This document shows, piece by piece, positions 50,923 through 60,497 of a stretch of DNA of 64,000 nt. Source of the stretch: an uncultured delta proteobacterium (GTDB taxonomy: Bacteria; Desulfobacterota; Binatia; Binatales; Binataceae). Made by a program: the position numbers and the translations under genes. Below the pieces are notes generated by a model. That model was not told the DNA's origin, ran no database searches, and saw nothing but the letters and a program-made list of their open reading frames with translations. Position 1 is the first letter of the stretch; each line of letters begins with the position of its first letter. Where the stretch lies: positions 3,488,001 through 3,552,000 of the forward strand of contig CAWEEQ010000004.1 of NCBI GenBank assembly GCA_963808235.1, read 5' to 3'.

Positions 50923-51735
50923 CTACTCGTCCGACGGATTCCACGCCCAGTAACTCGCAATCGCGCCGGCATCAACGCGCAAATCGGTTCCCGTGATCAT
51001 GCCCGCGTCGTCCGACGCGAGAAATACCGCAGCGCGTCCGTAGTCGCGGGGACTCGGCAGCTTTTGCATCGGCACGCGGGTGCGAAATGGCTCGAAAGCC
51101 TGCTTGAGTCGCTCTTCGTTCGGAACCTTGCGGCCCCACCTTGCGGCGCGATCGAGCGACTCCGACGGATCGGTCGCGGTCGGCGTCAGGCTGTTGACGC
51201 GGATGCCATGCGCGACCAGCTCCATCGCCGCGGAGCGCGTGAAATTCAGCAACCCACTCTTGGCCGTGCAGTACGCGATGTTGTTCGGCTCGCCCTGATG
51301 CCCCGCGGTCGAAATAATATTGATGATGCTGCCTTTGCGATTCTGTTCGATCATCAACTTCGCCACGTGCTTGGTGAACAGGAAAGCGCCGGTCAGAATG
51401 ATCTCGAGTTGACGCTGCCATTCATCGAGCGGCATGTCGATCACTCCCTTCTTATTGAAGATCGCCGCGTTGTTCACCAGGATGTCGATTCCGCCCAATG
51501 ACTCGCGCGCGGCGGCGACTGCGCCGTCAACCTGGCGCTCGTCGGTCACATCGCACGTCAACGCGATCGCGCGACCGCCTACGCTTTTGATGTAGCGCGC
51601 GCAGTCGGCGGCATTTTCGGCGCGCGAATCGACGCACACGAGCGCCGCGCCCTCGGCCGCAAGACCCTCGGCAATACCGCCGCCGATATTCGTGCTGGTT
51701 CCAGTCACCAGGGCCACTTTCTCACTCAGTTTCAT
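50923..51735 (-). CDS. SDR oxidoreductase (candidate cis-dihydrodiol dehydrogenase)
   Basis: ALVTGTSTNIG, NNA, YCTAK; located next to the dioxygenase. Confidence 0.85.
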   Translation of the reverse strand: MKLSEKVALVTGTSTNIGGGIAEGLAAEGAALVCVDSRAENAADCARYIKSVGGRAIALTCDVTDERQVDGAVAAARESLGGIDILVNNAAIFNKKGVIDMPLDEWQRQLEIILTGAFLFTKHVAKLMIEQNRKGSIINIISTAGHQGEPNNIAYCTAKSGLLNFTRSAAMELVAHGIRVNSLTPTATDPSESLDRAARWGRKVPNEERLKQAFEPFRTRVPMQKLPSPRDYGRAAVFLASDDAGMITGTDLRVDAGAIASYWAWNPSDE

Positions 51736-52772
51736 CGCGGCGGCGCCATCAGAAAACACTTCGAGGAATTGAAAATCCACGTATCGATGAATTCAGTGTC
51801 CGCCGGCTTGCGATGAAGCTCAGCGAGAGCACCGGCCAGGCACATCCAATTGAGAATTTCCTGCTGGCCGCTTGCTTCGACTGATGCCGCCGGATAATTC
51901 CGCCACGCGTCGTAGTTGCCCGCGCGCAACGCGTCGAACAGCGTGCGATCCGCGGGCGTATCCGGATACAGGAAGTGATTCTTTTGCGTGAGGAAAGCGT
52001 GCGACCAACCCGACGACGCCATCAGCGCGACCCGCCACGGACTATCCGCAAAGATGCGCGCGGTTGCGGCGCCGAGATCAAATAATCGACGCGGCGTCGG
52101 CGCAGGCGGATCGAGTTGTGCCTCCGAAGGTGGATTTTCAAACATCGGCAACCCGCCGCGCTGCGCGATCACTCTGCGCCCATAGCAATTGATTGCGAAT
52201 GGAATGATCGGATACGGAAACCCCTTGCGATCGTAGTCGAGGAACATCACCGCGTTGGCGAACGCGTGACCGAGCGGATGATGCAGCGGCTTGTAGGAGT
52301 AGGCCGCGTCGAACCCCGCCTCGATCAGGCCGTTGGCAAGAAATTTGGCGGCGGCCACGTTGCCCGAGGAGCGGAATTTTTTCCCGGCCGGCTCATTCCA
52401 GATATTGTTCGCCGGCGGTCCGAACTCAAAGGAATCGTGCGCCAGGATGCAGTAAGGCGGGATCACGTCCTCGCGGAAATTTTCGTACTGATCGTCGCCC
52501 CACACGACGATGAAATCGGGATGAAACTCGTCGATTTGCGCGCGCGCCTTGCGCAGCGATTGAAGCAGACGCTCGCGATGCTTCCGCGCGGAGGTGACGC
52601 CTTCGTCATTGCCCCACTCCGCGCGCATCGCCTCCGGCCAATTCTCAGCGCTCCGATATTTTTCCGGCAGATGCGGATTCTGGAGCATCCGCTTTAGAAT
52701 CCACGCCATCGCTTCGTCACGTCCGGCGAGCGGCGGATAGTGGGTAATTCCAATCGCCAGGATCTCACCCAT
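51732..52772 (-). CDS. LigB-type (class III) extradiol ring-cleavage dioxygenase
   Basis: MGEILAIGITHYPP, PDFIVVWGDDQYE, GHAF, ASSGWSH, GQQEILNW. Confidence 0.8.
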   Translation of the reverse strand: MGEILAIGITHYPPLAGRDEAMAWILKRMLQNPHLPEKYRSAENWPEAMRAEWGNDEGVTSARKHRERLLQSLRKARAQIDEFHPDFIVVWGDDQYENFREDVIPPYCILAHDSFEFGPPANNIWNEPAGKKFRSSGNVAAAKFLANGLIEAGFDAAYSYKPLHHPLGHAFANAVMFLDYDRKGFPYPIIPFAINCYGRRVIAQRGGLPMFENPPSEAQLDPPAPTPRRLFDLGAATARIFADSPWRVALMASSGWSHAFLTQKNHFLYPDTPADRTLFDALRAGNYDAWRNYPAASVEASGQQEILNWMCLAGALAELHRKPADTEFIDTWIFNSSKCFLMAPPR

Positions 52773-53967
52773 TGTGATTTCCTCCGACTCTGTCAGCGTC
52801 GTGAAGAATTCGCTCTTCGTACAGCGCCGCGATGCGATCTTCTGAATACCCCAAAACGCGCGAAAGTACATCTGCATTGTCGGCGCCGAGCCCCGGTACG
52901 TAGTCACGCGCATGCGCGTTGGCATGATTGAACTTAAACGCCGGATTCGGCACCTTGAGCGGTCCCGCGCCGTCGTCGATCACGCGGAAACTTCCACGCT
53001 GCTCGAGATGCGGATGCTGAAGCGCCTCGCGCACAGTGAAATACCGTGAGCATGGAACGCCGCCCTCGGTAAGAATCGCTTCACACTCTTCGGTGGTCCG
53101 CGTCGACGCCCACGCATCGAGCATCGACATGAATATCGCCCAGTTCACAGCTCTGCCTTTGGCAGTGCCGAAACGCGGATCGGCCATCCATTCGGGATGT
53201 CCGACGGCGCGCGCCAATGCTTCGTAGTTATTCGGCTTGACCGCTGCGATCATTATGAATCCATCTTTCGCGCGCGTCGCCTGAAAAGTATTGTTTCGCT
53301 TTTTTTGAGGGAACTGCGCTTCCTGAAACTCGTAGATGAGCATGCCGAGGACGCCGTCCATCATCGAGAGATCGATACAGTCGCCGCGTCCCGTGCGCTC
53401 GCGCGCGAGCAACGCGGATTGAATTGCACCGAACGCGTACGTACCGCCGAGCACGTCGCCAACGTAGATACCGGTATTGAGCGGACGCTCGAGACCATCC
53501 TGATACGACAAGTTGACAAGATCGAAGCCGCTCGCCGCGTGCAGCATCGGCGCGTACGCACTTCGAGTCGCCCACGGACCACTCTGGCCGAAGCCCGAAA
53601 TCGAGCAGTACACGAGGCTCGGGTTGAGCGCCGCAAGGGTCGCGTAGTCAAGCCCGAGCCGCTGCATCACGCCGGGCCGCGAGTTTTCGACCAGCACGTC
53701 GGATTTGGCCGCCAGTTGTTGGGTAAGCTCGATCGCTCCGGGCTGCCGCAGATCGATCGCGAGGCTTTTCTTGCCGCAATTCAGATGAGCGAAGTACGCG
53801 CTCTTGCCAGCGCGGATCGGTGGCTGCGTGCGGATGAAGTCGCCCTCGGGAGGCTCTATCTTGATCACCTCGGCGCCGAGATCCGAGAGCAGCCGTGTGC
53901 AATACGGCCCCGACACGATCGTCGTGAAGTCGAGCACTCGCACTCCGCCGAGGATATCGTTATTCAT
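52765..53967 (-). CDS. Family III CoA-transferase (CaiB/BaiF)
   Basis: GVRVLDF, GPYCTRLLSDLGAEVIKIE, NCGKKS, ENSRPG, SISGFGQSGP, GDVLGG. Confidence 0.93.
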   Translation of the reverse strand: MNNDILGGVRVLDFTTIVSGPYCTRLLSDLGAEVIKIEPPEGDFIRTQPPIRAGKSAYFAHLNCGKKSLAIDLRQPGAIELTQQLAAKSDVLVENSRPGVMQRLGLDYATLAALNPSLVYCSISGFGQSGPWATRSAYAPMLHAASGFDLVNLSYQDGLERPLNTGIYVGDVLGGTYAFGAIQSALLARERTGRGDCIDLSMMDGVLGMLIYEFQEAQFPQKKRNNTFQATRAKDGFIMIAAVKPNNYEALARAVGHPEWMADPRFGTAKGRAVNWAIFMSMLDAWASTRTTEECEAILTEGGVPCSRYFTVREALQHPHLEQRGSFRVIDDGAGPLKVPNPAFKFNHANAHARDYVPGLGADNADVLSRVLGYSEDRIAALYEERILHDADRVGGNHNG

Positions 53968-54706
53968 CGCGGCCTCCCGCGCGGTCCTTCTCTTTCAGCA
54001 GCGACAGGTAGTGGCGATTGAGGCGTTCGAGATGCTCTTCCATTTCGGCGACGGCCGCATCGCTGTCGCCCGCTTCGAAGTGCTTCATAAATCGCCGGCG
54101 TGACGGAATCACCCAGGGATTCCGCTTCTGTCCGATCGCCCGAATGAAGTGCTGCATCACGTCTATCAGCGCTTCCATCACAATCACCATCACCGGATTT
54201 TTGGTCGCGCGTGCGATGATGCGATGAAACTCCAGGTGGATCGCCGCCTGATCGAAAAAGCCGATCTTCTCGCGGGCGGCACGTTCCGCCGCGGCGATAT
54301 TCGCGTTGAGCGCCTCGATATCTTTCCTGGTTGCGCGATCGCACGCGGCGCGCACCGCGATCGATTCGATCATCACGCGCGCCTCGGTCAGATGTGCGGG
54401 CTTGATTGCGCCCAGGTGAAACATGTCGCGCAAGCCGGTCACGATCGCGTCGCCGGTGCTCTCACGCACGAACGCGCCGCCGGTCGCTCCTTTCTGGAGC
54501 CGGAGCAGCCCGGAATTTTCCAAAGAGCGCAGCGCCTCGCGCAGGGTGTTGCGTGAAACACCGAACTGTTCGGCCAGGGCACGCTCGGCCGGAAGCCGAT
54601 CCCCTGCGCGCAGGCGGCGACTGACGAGCTGTCCTCGAATCTGCTCGGCGATCTCCTCGAACGCGCGCGGTGTTCTGATTCGCCGGAATTCCGGGGCGGC
54701 GCTCAT
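53960..54706 (-). CDS. GntR family (FadR subfamily) transcriptional regulator
   Basis: GDRLPAERALAEQFGVSRNTLREAL wHTH; FCD domain (FHRIIARATKNP). Confidence 0.93.
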   Translation of the reverse strand: MSAAPEFRRIRTPRAFEEIAEQIRGQLVSRRLRAGDRLPAERALAEQFGVSRNTLREALRSLENSGLLRLQKGATGGAFVRESTGDAIVTGLRDMFHLGAIKPAHLTEARVMIESIAVRAACDRATRKDIEALNANIAAAERAAREKIGFFDQAAIHLEFHRIIARATKNPVMVIVMEALIDVMQHFIRAIGQKRNPWVIPSRRRFMKHFEAGDSDAAVAEMEEHLERLNRHYLSLLKEKDRAGGRDE

Positions 54707-54747
54707 GCGAGATTTTCGTCCGTGGCGTTCAAGGTGTTGGCGTCGGC

Positions 54748-54812
54748 TTGACATTCTAGATGTCGCTGTGTCATTGGTCCAACCATTGGCATGGTGACGC
54801 CTCAATTGTCAA
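54748..54812. promoter_or_regulatory. Divergent promoter region with FadR-type operator
   Basis: TGGT-cca-ACCA at 54775-54785, between TTGACA on + (54748-54753) and TTGACA on - (54812-54807). Confidence 0.6.
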
Positions 54813-54855
54813 GCAGCCGCTCCCAGCCAAAATCTTTTGCGTCGAGGAATTTACC

Positions 54856-55938
54856 GTGATCTCCTTCGAATTGTCCCAAGAACAAACACTTGCGCAGTCG
54901 ATGGTGCGCGACCTCGCCGGCTCAGCGCTGCGGCCGGCTGCGCGCGGGGCCGACGATCGCGAAACGATCCCGCAATCGGTTCTCGATGAAATTTGGGCGA
55001 CCGGGATCATTCAGTCGCAGGCGGACCCTGACCCTGATGCTCGATCGGCGACGCTGAACGCGATCTTGCTTGAGGAGTTGGCAGTGGCTGACGCTTCGTT
55101 CGCGATCGCTGCGGCCGCGCCAATCGGATTTCTTGGGACGGTCGCTGCGCAAGGCTCGCCGGGGCAGAAGAAAAATCTGCTGCCGCTGTTTTCAGGAGAG
55201 AAGTATCGATGCGCCGGGGTCGCGATCATGGAGCCTGGTTTCGATTTTGACGTTTCCACGATCCGGACTGCTGCAATCAAAACACGCGACGGGTATCGCT
55301 TGTCGGGAGTCAAAGGACTGGTTCCGCTCGCAGGTCAGTGCAGTCACTTCATCGTGGTCGCTCAATCCGAGGGAAAGCCCGAGGCGTTTATCGTGGACCG
55401 TGACATCAAGGGCGTTATTGTCGGCGAGGCGAACCCGAATATCGGGTTGCGCGCGCTCGGGATGGCGACCGTGAGTTTCAAGGATGTCGAGTTGAAACCG
55501 GGCGCGCGACTCGGGGAGTCGGCGGGCTGCGATGTTCAGCGGATCATCGATTCGGCCCGTACCGCGCTGTCGGCGATCATGACTGGAACAAGTCGCGCGG
55601 TGATGGAATTCGTGATGCCTTACGTCAAGGAGCGCGCGGTGCATGGAGACGCTTTGGCGAAGAAGCAGACGATCGCATTTCGACTCGCGGACATGCGGAT
55701 CGAAACGGACGCGATGCGATGGATGACGTGGAAGGCCGCCTCGATACTCGAGCAGGGTGGGGACGCGACACGGCAGGCGCAACTCGCATACACCTATGCC
55801 GGCGAGCAAGCGATGTGGATTGCCGATGAAGGCGTGCAGATGCTCGGTGGTCACGGTTACCTGCGCGATAATCCGGTCGAGATGTGGTATCGCGACACGC
55901 GCACGGTATCGGTACTGGAAGGCGCGGTCGGAGTTTAG
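54856..55938 (+). CDS. Acyl-CoA dehydrogenase (FadE24-like subunit)
   Basis: ISFELSQEQ, EELAVAD, QTIAFRLADM, GVQMLGGHGY; ends immediately after VLEG. Confidence 0.88.
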   Translation: MISFELSQEQTLAQSMVRDLAGSALRPAARGADDRETIPQSVLDEIWATGIIQSQADPDPDARSATLNAILLEELAVADASFAIAAAAPIGFLGTVAAQGSPGQKKNLLPLFSGEKYRCAGVAIMEPGFDFDVSTIRTAAIKTRDGYRLSGVKGLVPLAGQCSHFIVVAQSEGKPEAFIVDRDIKGVIVGEANPNIGLRALGMATVSFKDVELKPGARLGESAGCDVQRIIDSARTALSAIMTGTSRAVMEFVMPYVKERAVHGDALAKKQTIAFRLADMRIETDAMRWMTWKAASILEQGGDATRQAQLAYTYAGEQAMWIADEGVQMLGGHGYLRDNPVEMWYRDTRTVSVLEGAVGV

Positions 55939-55966
55939 TTTTCGATAAGCGGAAAGAGGAAACGCG

Positions 55967-57109
55967 ATGATAGATTTTCAACTCACCGAGGCTGACGAAA
56001 AAGTTTTGAAGGGCGCGCATGAGCAAGCGCTGATCGCGCGGCGCTACGCGAGCTATTACGACAAGCATGAAGATGAACTCGAGCCGGCGGAGTTTCCCGA
56101 GGCGAGGGATCTCCCGAGCTTGACGCAACTGGCCGAGCAAGGAGTCAGTGGAAGCAGCGGGCCGCGAATCCTTCACTCGCTGGTGATGCTCGAAGTCTAT
56201 TGGGGCGGCATCGCGCTGCATCGTAGCAAGTGGGGACTTGGCAACACTGTGCTCAAGACGGTTGCTACTCCCGAGCAGTTCGAGAAGTGGAAGAACCACA
56301 CGATAGCTATCGCGATTACCGAGCCCGGCGCCGGCTCCGATCCCGCGAACATTCGAACCACTGCGACTTTCGATCGCGAGACTGACGAATGGATACTCAA
56401 CGGCGAGAAGATCTTCATCTCGCAAGCGCAGTCGGGCGATGCCGCCATGGTGTTATCGCGATTTGTAGGAGCCGACGGCAGCCGCGGGCTCACGACCTTT
56501 ATCGTCGAAAAAGGCACACCGGGGTTCACAGTAGGACCGCAACTGAAGAAGCTTGGCATCCGCTCTCATGACACCTGCAACTTGCTCTTTGAGAACTGCC
56601 GGATACCGGAGTTCAACCATATCAAGGGCGACTTCAAGTCCACCATGTCGGTTTTCAACGACTCGCGGCCGATGGTGGGCGCGATGGCTCTGGGAGTGGC
56701 TCGCGCAGCGCTGGACTTCACGCGAGAGAAGCTCGCGGCGCGCGGAATCGAACCTAGCTATCGCGGCGGCGTGCGCAGCCGTTCGGCGGTCGTTGATCGT
56801 TTGATCCGAATGGAAGCGATGTACGAGGCGGCGTTGCTGACGGTGTTGCGCTCCAAGTGGCTCGAGCAGCAGGGCGTGCCGCCGAAGGTGGAAGCGTCGA
56901 TTGCGAAAGCTGCGGGCGGCAAGGCAGCGAGAAAGATCACGCAGGGATGTATCGACTTACTCGGCCCGGAGGCGCTCTCGGAGGATCATCCGCTGGATCG
57001 ATGCTTCCGAGACGGGCGCATCTTCGATATCTATGAAGGTGCCGGAGAGATACAACGACTGATCATCGCGCGTTCGATACTTGGATATACGTCGCGAGAT
57101 CTGAGGTAG
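55967..57109 (+). CDS. Acyl-CoA dehydrogenase (FadE23-like subunit)
   Basis: AITEPGAGSD, NGEKIFI, KLGIRS.DT, IYEGAGEIQRLIIAR. Confidence 0.9.
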   Translation: MIDFQLTEADEKVLKGAHEQALIARRYASYYDKHEDELEPAEFPEARDLPSLTQLAEQGVSGSSGPRILHSLVMLEVYWGGIALHRSKWGLGNTVLKTVATPEQFEKWKNHTIAIAITEPGAGSDPANIRTTATFDRETDEWILNGEKIFISQAQSGDAAMVLSRFVGADGSRGLTTFIVEKGTPGFTVGPQLKKLGIRSHDTCNLLFENCRIPEFNHIKGDFKSTMSVFNDSRPMVGAMALGVARAALDFTREKLAARGIEPSYRGGVRSRSAVVDRLIRMEAMYEAALLTVLRSKWLEQQGVPPKVEASIAKAAGGKAARKITQGCIDLLGPEALSEDHPLDRCFRDGRIFDIYEGAGEIQRLIIARSILGYTSRDLR

Positions 57110-57139
57110 GTGACCGGTCGCGGTCCTGCGACATTCAGC

Positions 57140-57227
57140 GTCATCGCGAGCGGGTGGTGGTGCTAGCAAGGTGTGGCGCGATCGGCCCCGAGAAAGATCC
57201 GGGGTTCTTCGCTTCGCTCAGAATGAC
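57140..57227. repeat. REP-like stem-loop between convergent genes
   Basis: GTCATcgcGAGCG (57140-57152) pairs imperfectly with CGCTCagaATGAC (57215-57227); inner CCCCG/CGGGG hairpin; CTTCGCTCAG core shared with 40165-40190. Confidence 0.55.
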
Positions 57228-57256
57228 ACAACAAAAGAGCGTCGCTGCGGAGATAG

Positions 57257-59008
57257 CTACCTCTTAGTGAAGGTGAAGTGATCGGCCATTCGGGCTTGTA
57301 CCTCGCCCAGGTGGTTACAGTATTGGAAGAAGCCGCCGTTGTAGTTGCCGTCCTGGCGGCGCTGGAACTCGCCTTCGAAGTTGTAGTAGCCCGGGGTGCA
57401 ATCCTGATTGCGGTTGGTCTTGCCGCGATGCTCTATTACCTCGTTCACCCACCATTCCTCGGCGTCACGAGTCGGATCGATGGACTGAAAGCCGTGGCGG
57501 CGCGCGTAGTCGATGCAGGCGGCGATGTGATCGCCCTGAGCCTGTAGCATATCGGTCAAGTTGAACTGGAATGAAGCCTGGTAGCCGCCCATGATAAAGA
57601 GGTTCGGGTAACCCTGAGAGTGGATTCCCAGCAAGGTGCGGATGCCTTCCTTGTACTTGTCATTGAGCTCGAGCCCGTTCACGCCTTTGATCTGGTTGTA
57701 GATGCCGGTCTTCTGGACCTCGAAGCCGGTCGCGTAGATCAGGACGTCGAGCTCGTACTGCTTACCCTCGAAGACAGGTCCTTTGGCGGTGATCTCGGTG
57801 ATGCCTTTGCCCTTAGTATCAACCAGATGGACGCTCGACCGGTTGAAAGTCGGCAGATAGTCGTTGTGGAAGCAGGGCCGCTTGCACATCAGCATGTACC
57901 ATGGCTTGAGCGCGTCGGCGGTTGCCTTATCCCTGACGATCGAATCGATGCGCTGATGGATCTTCATCATCGCCTCGATGTTCGCGTTCTCCTGCCGGCG
58001 GATCTTCTCTTCCGGCGACATAGCGGCCTGCTTGGCCTTTTGCGCCTCGCTAAGCTGGGGAGCCATCCGCGCGCGCTCGCGTCGGCGCGCCTGCCATCCT
58101 CGCGGGAGTCGACGCGCCCAGTTGGGATCGGTCGGCCAGTCGTCGCGGATATCGATCGACGAGGGAGTGCGCTGGAAGACATACAGCTCCTTCGCCGCAG
58201 CGCCCAGGCCGGGGATGGCTTGTACTGCTGTTGCGCCGGTGCCGATGATACCTACTACTTTGTCTTCGAGACCCGATAGATCCTCTTTAGTGTAATCGTA
58301 GTCCCATCGTGAAGTATGAAATGAGTGGCCTTTGAAGGTCTCCAGGCCTTTGATCTTAGCGAGCTTGGGCTTGGACAAGGTGCCGTTAGCGCAGATGACA
58401 AAGCGCGCCTTCATCTTATCGCCACGGTCGGTGGCGATGTTCCACATCTGTTCGGTATCGTCCCATAGCGTCGAAGTAACAGTAGTCTGAAAGACTGCCA
58501 GCTCGTAGAGGTTGTACTTACGGGCGATAGCCTGGCAGTGAGCGAAGATCTCGGAGCCTCTGGCGTAGTGGTCCTTGGGTACATAGTCGAGTTCGTCAAG
58601 TAGAGGCAGATAGTCATAAGCGACTACGTCGCATGCTACTCCGGGGTAGCGATTCCAATACCAGGTACCGCCTACATCGGCACCGCGCTCGACGATGCGA
58701 ATGCTCTCGACGCCACGCTCTCTTAGCCGTGCGGATGTGAGAAGCGCCGAGAAGCCGCCGCCTATGAACAGGACTTCGACGGTATCGTTGATGGGCTCGC
58801 GAGGCGTGGGCTCGTTCGCGTAGGGATCGACTTCGTATTTCGACAGCGCGCCGGTGAAGTCGGAGGTGTACTGCGCGGTGCCGTCGGGCCGGTAGTTCAG
58901 CCGGACGTCGCGTTCCTCAGCGTACTTGCTCTTGATGTTATCGTAGAACTCTTGCGGCCGGGTGGGCCTTGCGGCCAGGCCGATGGGCTTATCGAGCGGC
59001 TCCTTCAT
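57257..59008 (-). CDS. Type I Baeyer-Villiger monooxygenase
   Basis: IGGGFSA, GGTWYWNRYPG..CD, fingerprint FKGHSFHTSRWD, IGTGATA, CKRP, ATG. Confidence 0.92.
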   Translation of the reverse strand: MKEPLDKPIGLAARPTRPQEFYDNIKSKYAEERDVRLNYRPDGTAQYTSDFTGALSKYEVDPYANEPTPREPINDTVEVLFIGGGFSALLTSARLRERGVESIRIVERGADVGGTWYWNRYPGVACDVVAYDYLPLLDELDYVPKDHYARGSEIFAHCQAIARKYNLYELAVFQTTVTSTLWDDTEQMWNIATDRGDKMKARFVICANGTLSKPKLAKIKGLETFKGHSFHTSRWDYDYTKEDLSGLEDKVVGIIGTGATAVQAIPGLGAAAKELYVFQRTPSSIDIRDDWPTDPNWARRLPRGWQARRRERARMAPQLSEAQKAKQAAMSPEEKIRRQENANIEAMMKIHQRIDSIVRDKATADALKPWYMLMCKRPCFHNDYLPTFNRSSVHLVDTKGKGITEITAKGPVFEGKQYELDVLIYATGFEVQKTGIYNQIKGVNGLELNDKYKEGIRTLLGIHSQGYPNLFIMGGYQASFQFNLTDMLQAQGDHIAACIDYARRHGFQSIDPTRDAEEWWVNEVIEHRGKTNRNQDCTPGYYNFEGEFQRRQDGNYNGGFFQYCNHLGEVQARMADHFTFTKR

Positions 59009-59183
59009 ATCCGTGCTCTCCGTTCGTGATGGTCATTGCGTTGCTCGATCGCATTCGTCAATGCCGGCGATCCAGTCAAAAGTCAGAAAGGAGCTTGCCA
59101 CGAGAGCGGATCGGCTTGCCAGCGCGCCGAAAAGGTCGATTTCGACCGAAAATCCAAAGTCTCGTAGCCCATTGCCAATCGTT

Positions 59184-60458
59184 TCAGGCTGGGGCGTTGG
59201 CTGCGGCGGGGTTGACGGGGAGCGGGCGGAGGCGAGCGATCTCCTGCTCCAGGGGAATGCAGGCGAATATCGCGAGCGCTGCGCCGAGCCACATCGCCGC
59301 GAAGACGCCAAACGCGATCGCGTAGCTGCCGCTCAGGTCGAAGATCCGTCCGGCTGCGACGGGGCCGATCGCGGCGCCGATAGTTGCGAGGATTCCCGCC
59401 ACGCCCTGCACCGAACCGAGACGCTTCAGCCCGAGTGACTGGATGAAGACCAAGGGGAGCAGCACCAGCGGCGTGCCCGACGCGATACCCACCAGAACGA
59501 TGAACCCCGCCAGCATCAAGCCGCTTCCCGCCGAGAGCAAGAGTAACGTGCCGACTGCGGCTCCGGCGAAAACCAGCGAGAGCACGACGCGGGGACTCAG
59601 CCGATCGGCGGAGGGGCCGAGCGAAAGTTTTCCCACCGTCGACATCAGATAGATCATACTCAGGCTGCTGGCGGAAAGGGTGGCGGTGTATCCGGTACCG
59701 ATCAGATAAACGACGAGATGGACCAGAATCCCGCCGATTGCGCAGGCATAAAAGAACTCGGCGATCGCGATCAGCCAAAACGAACGCGTGCGGAACGCCT
59801 CGGTCAGTTCAACGCCGGGTAGCACGACCGGGGCGGAAACGGTTGTACTCGTCGGCTCCGGTGAGTCGACGACGCTAGGTTTCGAGGGACGACTGCGCAC
59901 CACGAACAGCACCAGCGGCGCCACGATCAGGAGCATCGGCAGCGCCATCGCCAGATAGCCTGCCCGCCATCCTCCGAAGGCGATCACCCTGTTTGCGACA
60001 AAGATCATCACCGCACCGCCGAGAGAGGTGCCGGCGAAAGTCAGGCCCATCGCGAGTCCGCGGCGGGCACCGAACCAGTTTGCGATCACCAACGATGCCG
60101 GGATCAAGGTCGCCGCAGGGACGCCGATTGCGACGATCAGATTGGCGGCGAGCAGGGAAGCGTACGAATCGGAACGGCTCGCGACGATGAAACCGGCGCC
60201 GACGGTGATCGCACCGAGGAGCATCACGCGGCGCGCGTCGAACCGATCGACGAGCCAGCCGACAAACGGGCCGCACGCGCCGGCCATCAGCGCTCCCGCG
60301 GAGCCGAGCGTCGAGACGCGGGCGCGGGTCCATCCGAAGTGCTTGAGCAGCGGGGGAAGGAAAACGGGGCCGGTGTTGACGCCGCCGCCCCAAACCAGGA
60401 ACAGCGTGACGAACAGGCTCGCCGCGATGATCCAGGCCTTGCGCTCCCGCGGGTTCAT
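59184..60458 (-). CDS. MFS transporter
   Basis: About 12 TM helices, GWLVDRFDARR motif A, WFGARRGLAMG. Confidence 0.9.
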   Translation of the reverse strand: MNPRERKAWIIAASLFVTLFLVWGGGVNTGPVFLPPLLKHFGWTRARVSTLGSAGALMAGACGPFVGWLVDRFDARRVMLLGAITVGAGFIVASRSDSYASLLAANLIVAIGVPAATLIPASLVIANWFGARRGLAMGLTFAGTSLGGAVMIFVANRVIAFGGWRAGYLAMALPMLLIVAPLVLFVVRSRPSKPSVVDSPEPTSTTVSAPVVLPGVELTEAFRTRSFWLIAIAEFFYACAIGGILVHLVVYLIGTGYTATLSASSLSMIYLMSTVGKLSLGPSADRLSPRVVLSLVFAGAAVGTLLLLSAGSGLMLAGFIVLVGIASGTPLVLLPLVFIQSLGLKRLGSVQGVAGILATIGAAIGPVAAGRIFDLSGSYAIAFGVFAAMWLGAALAIFACIPLEQEIARLRPLPVNPAAANAPA

Positions 60459-60497
60459 CGTTTTCTCGTGGGTTCAGGCCGCCGAAATAATCGTCCC

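Noticed and set aside
58240-58760. Lower-GC patch inside the BVMO gene as a possible mosaic or recombination tract
   Set aside because: Spot counts (26/60 and 29/60 vs 33/60 elsewhere in the gene) are too close to call without a codon-position analysis.
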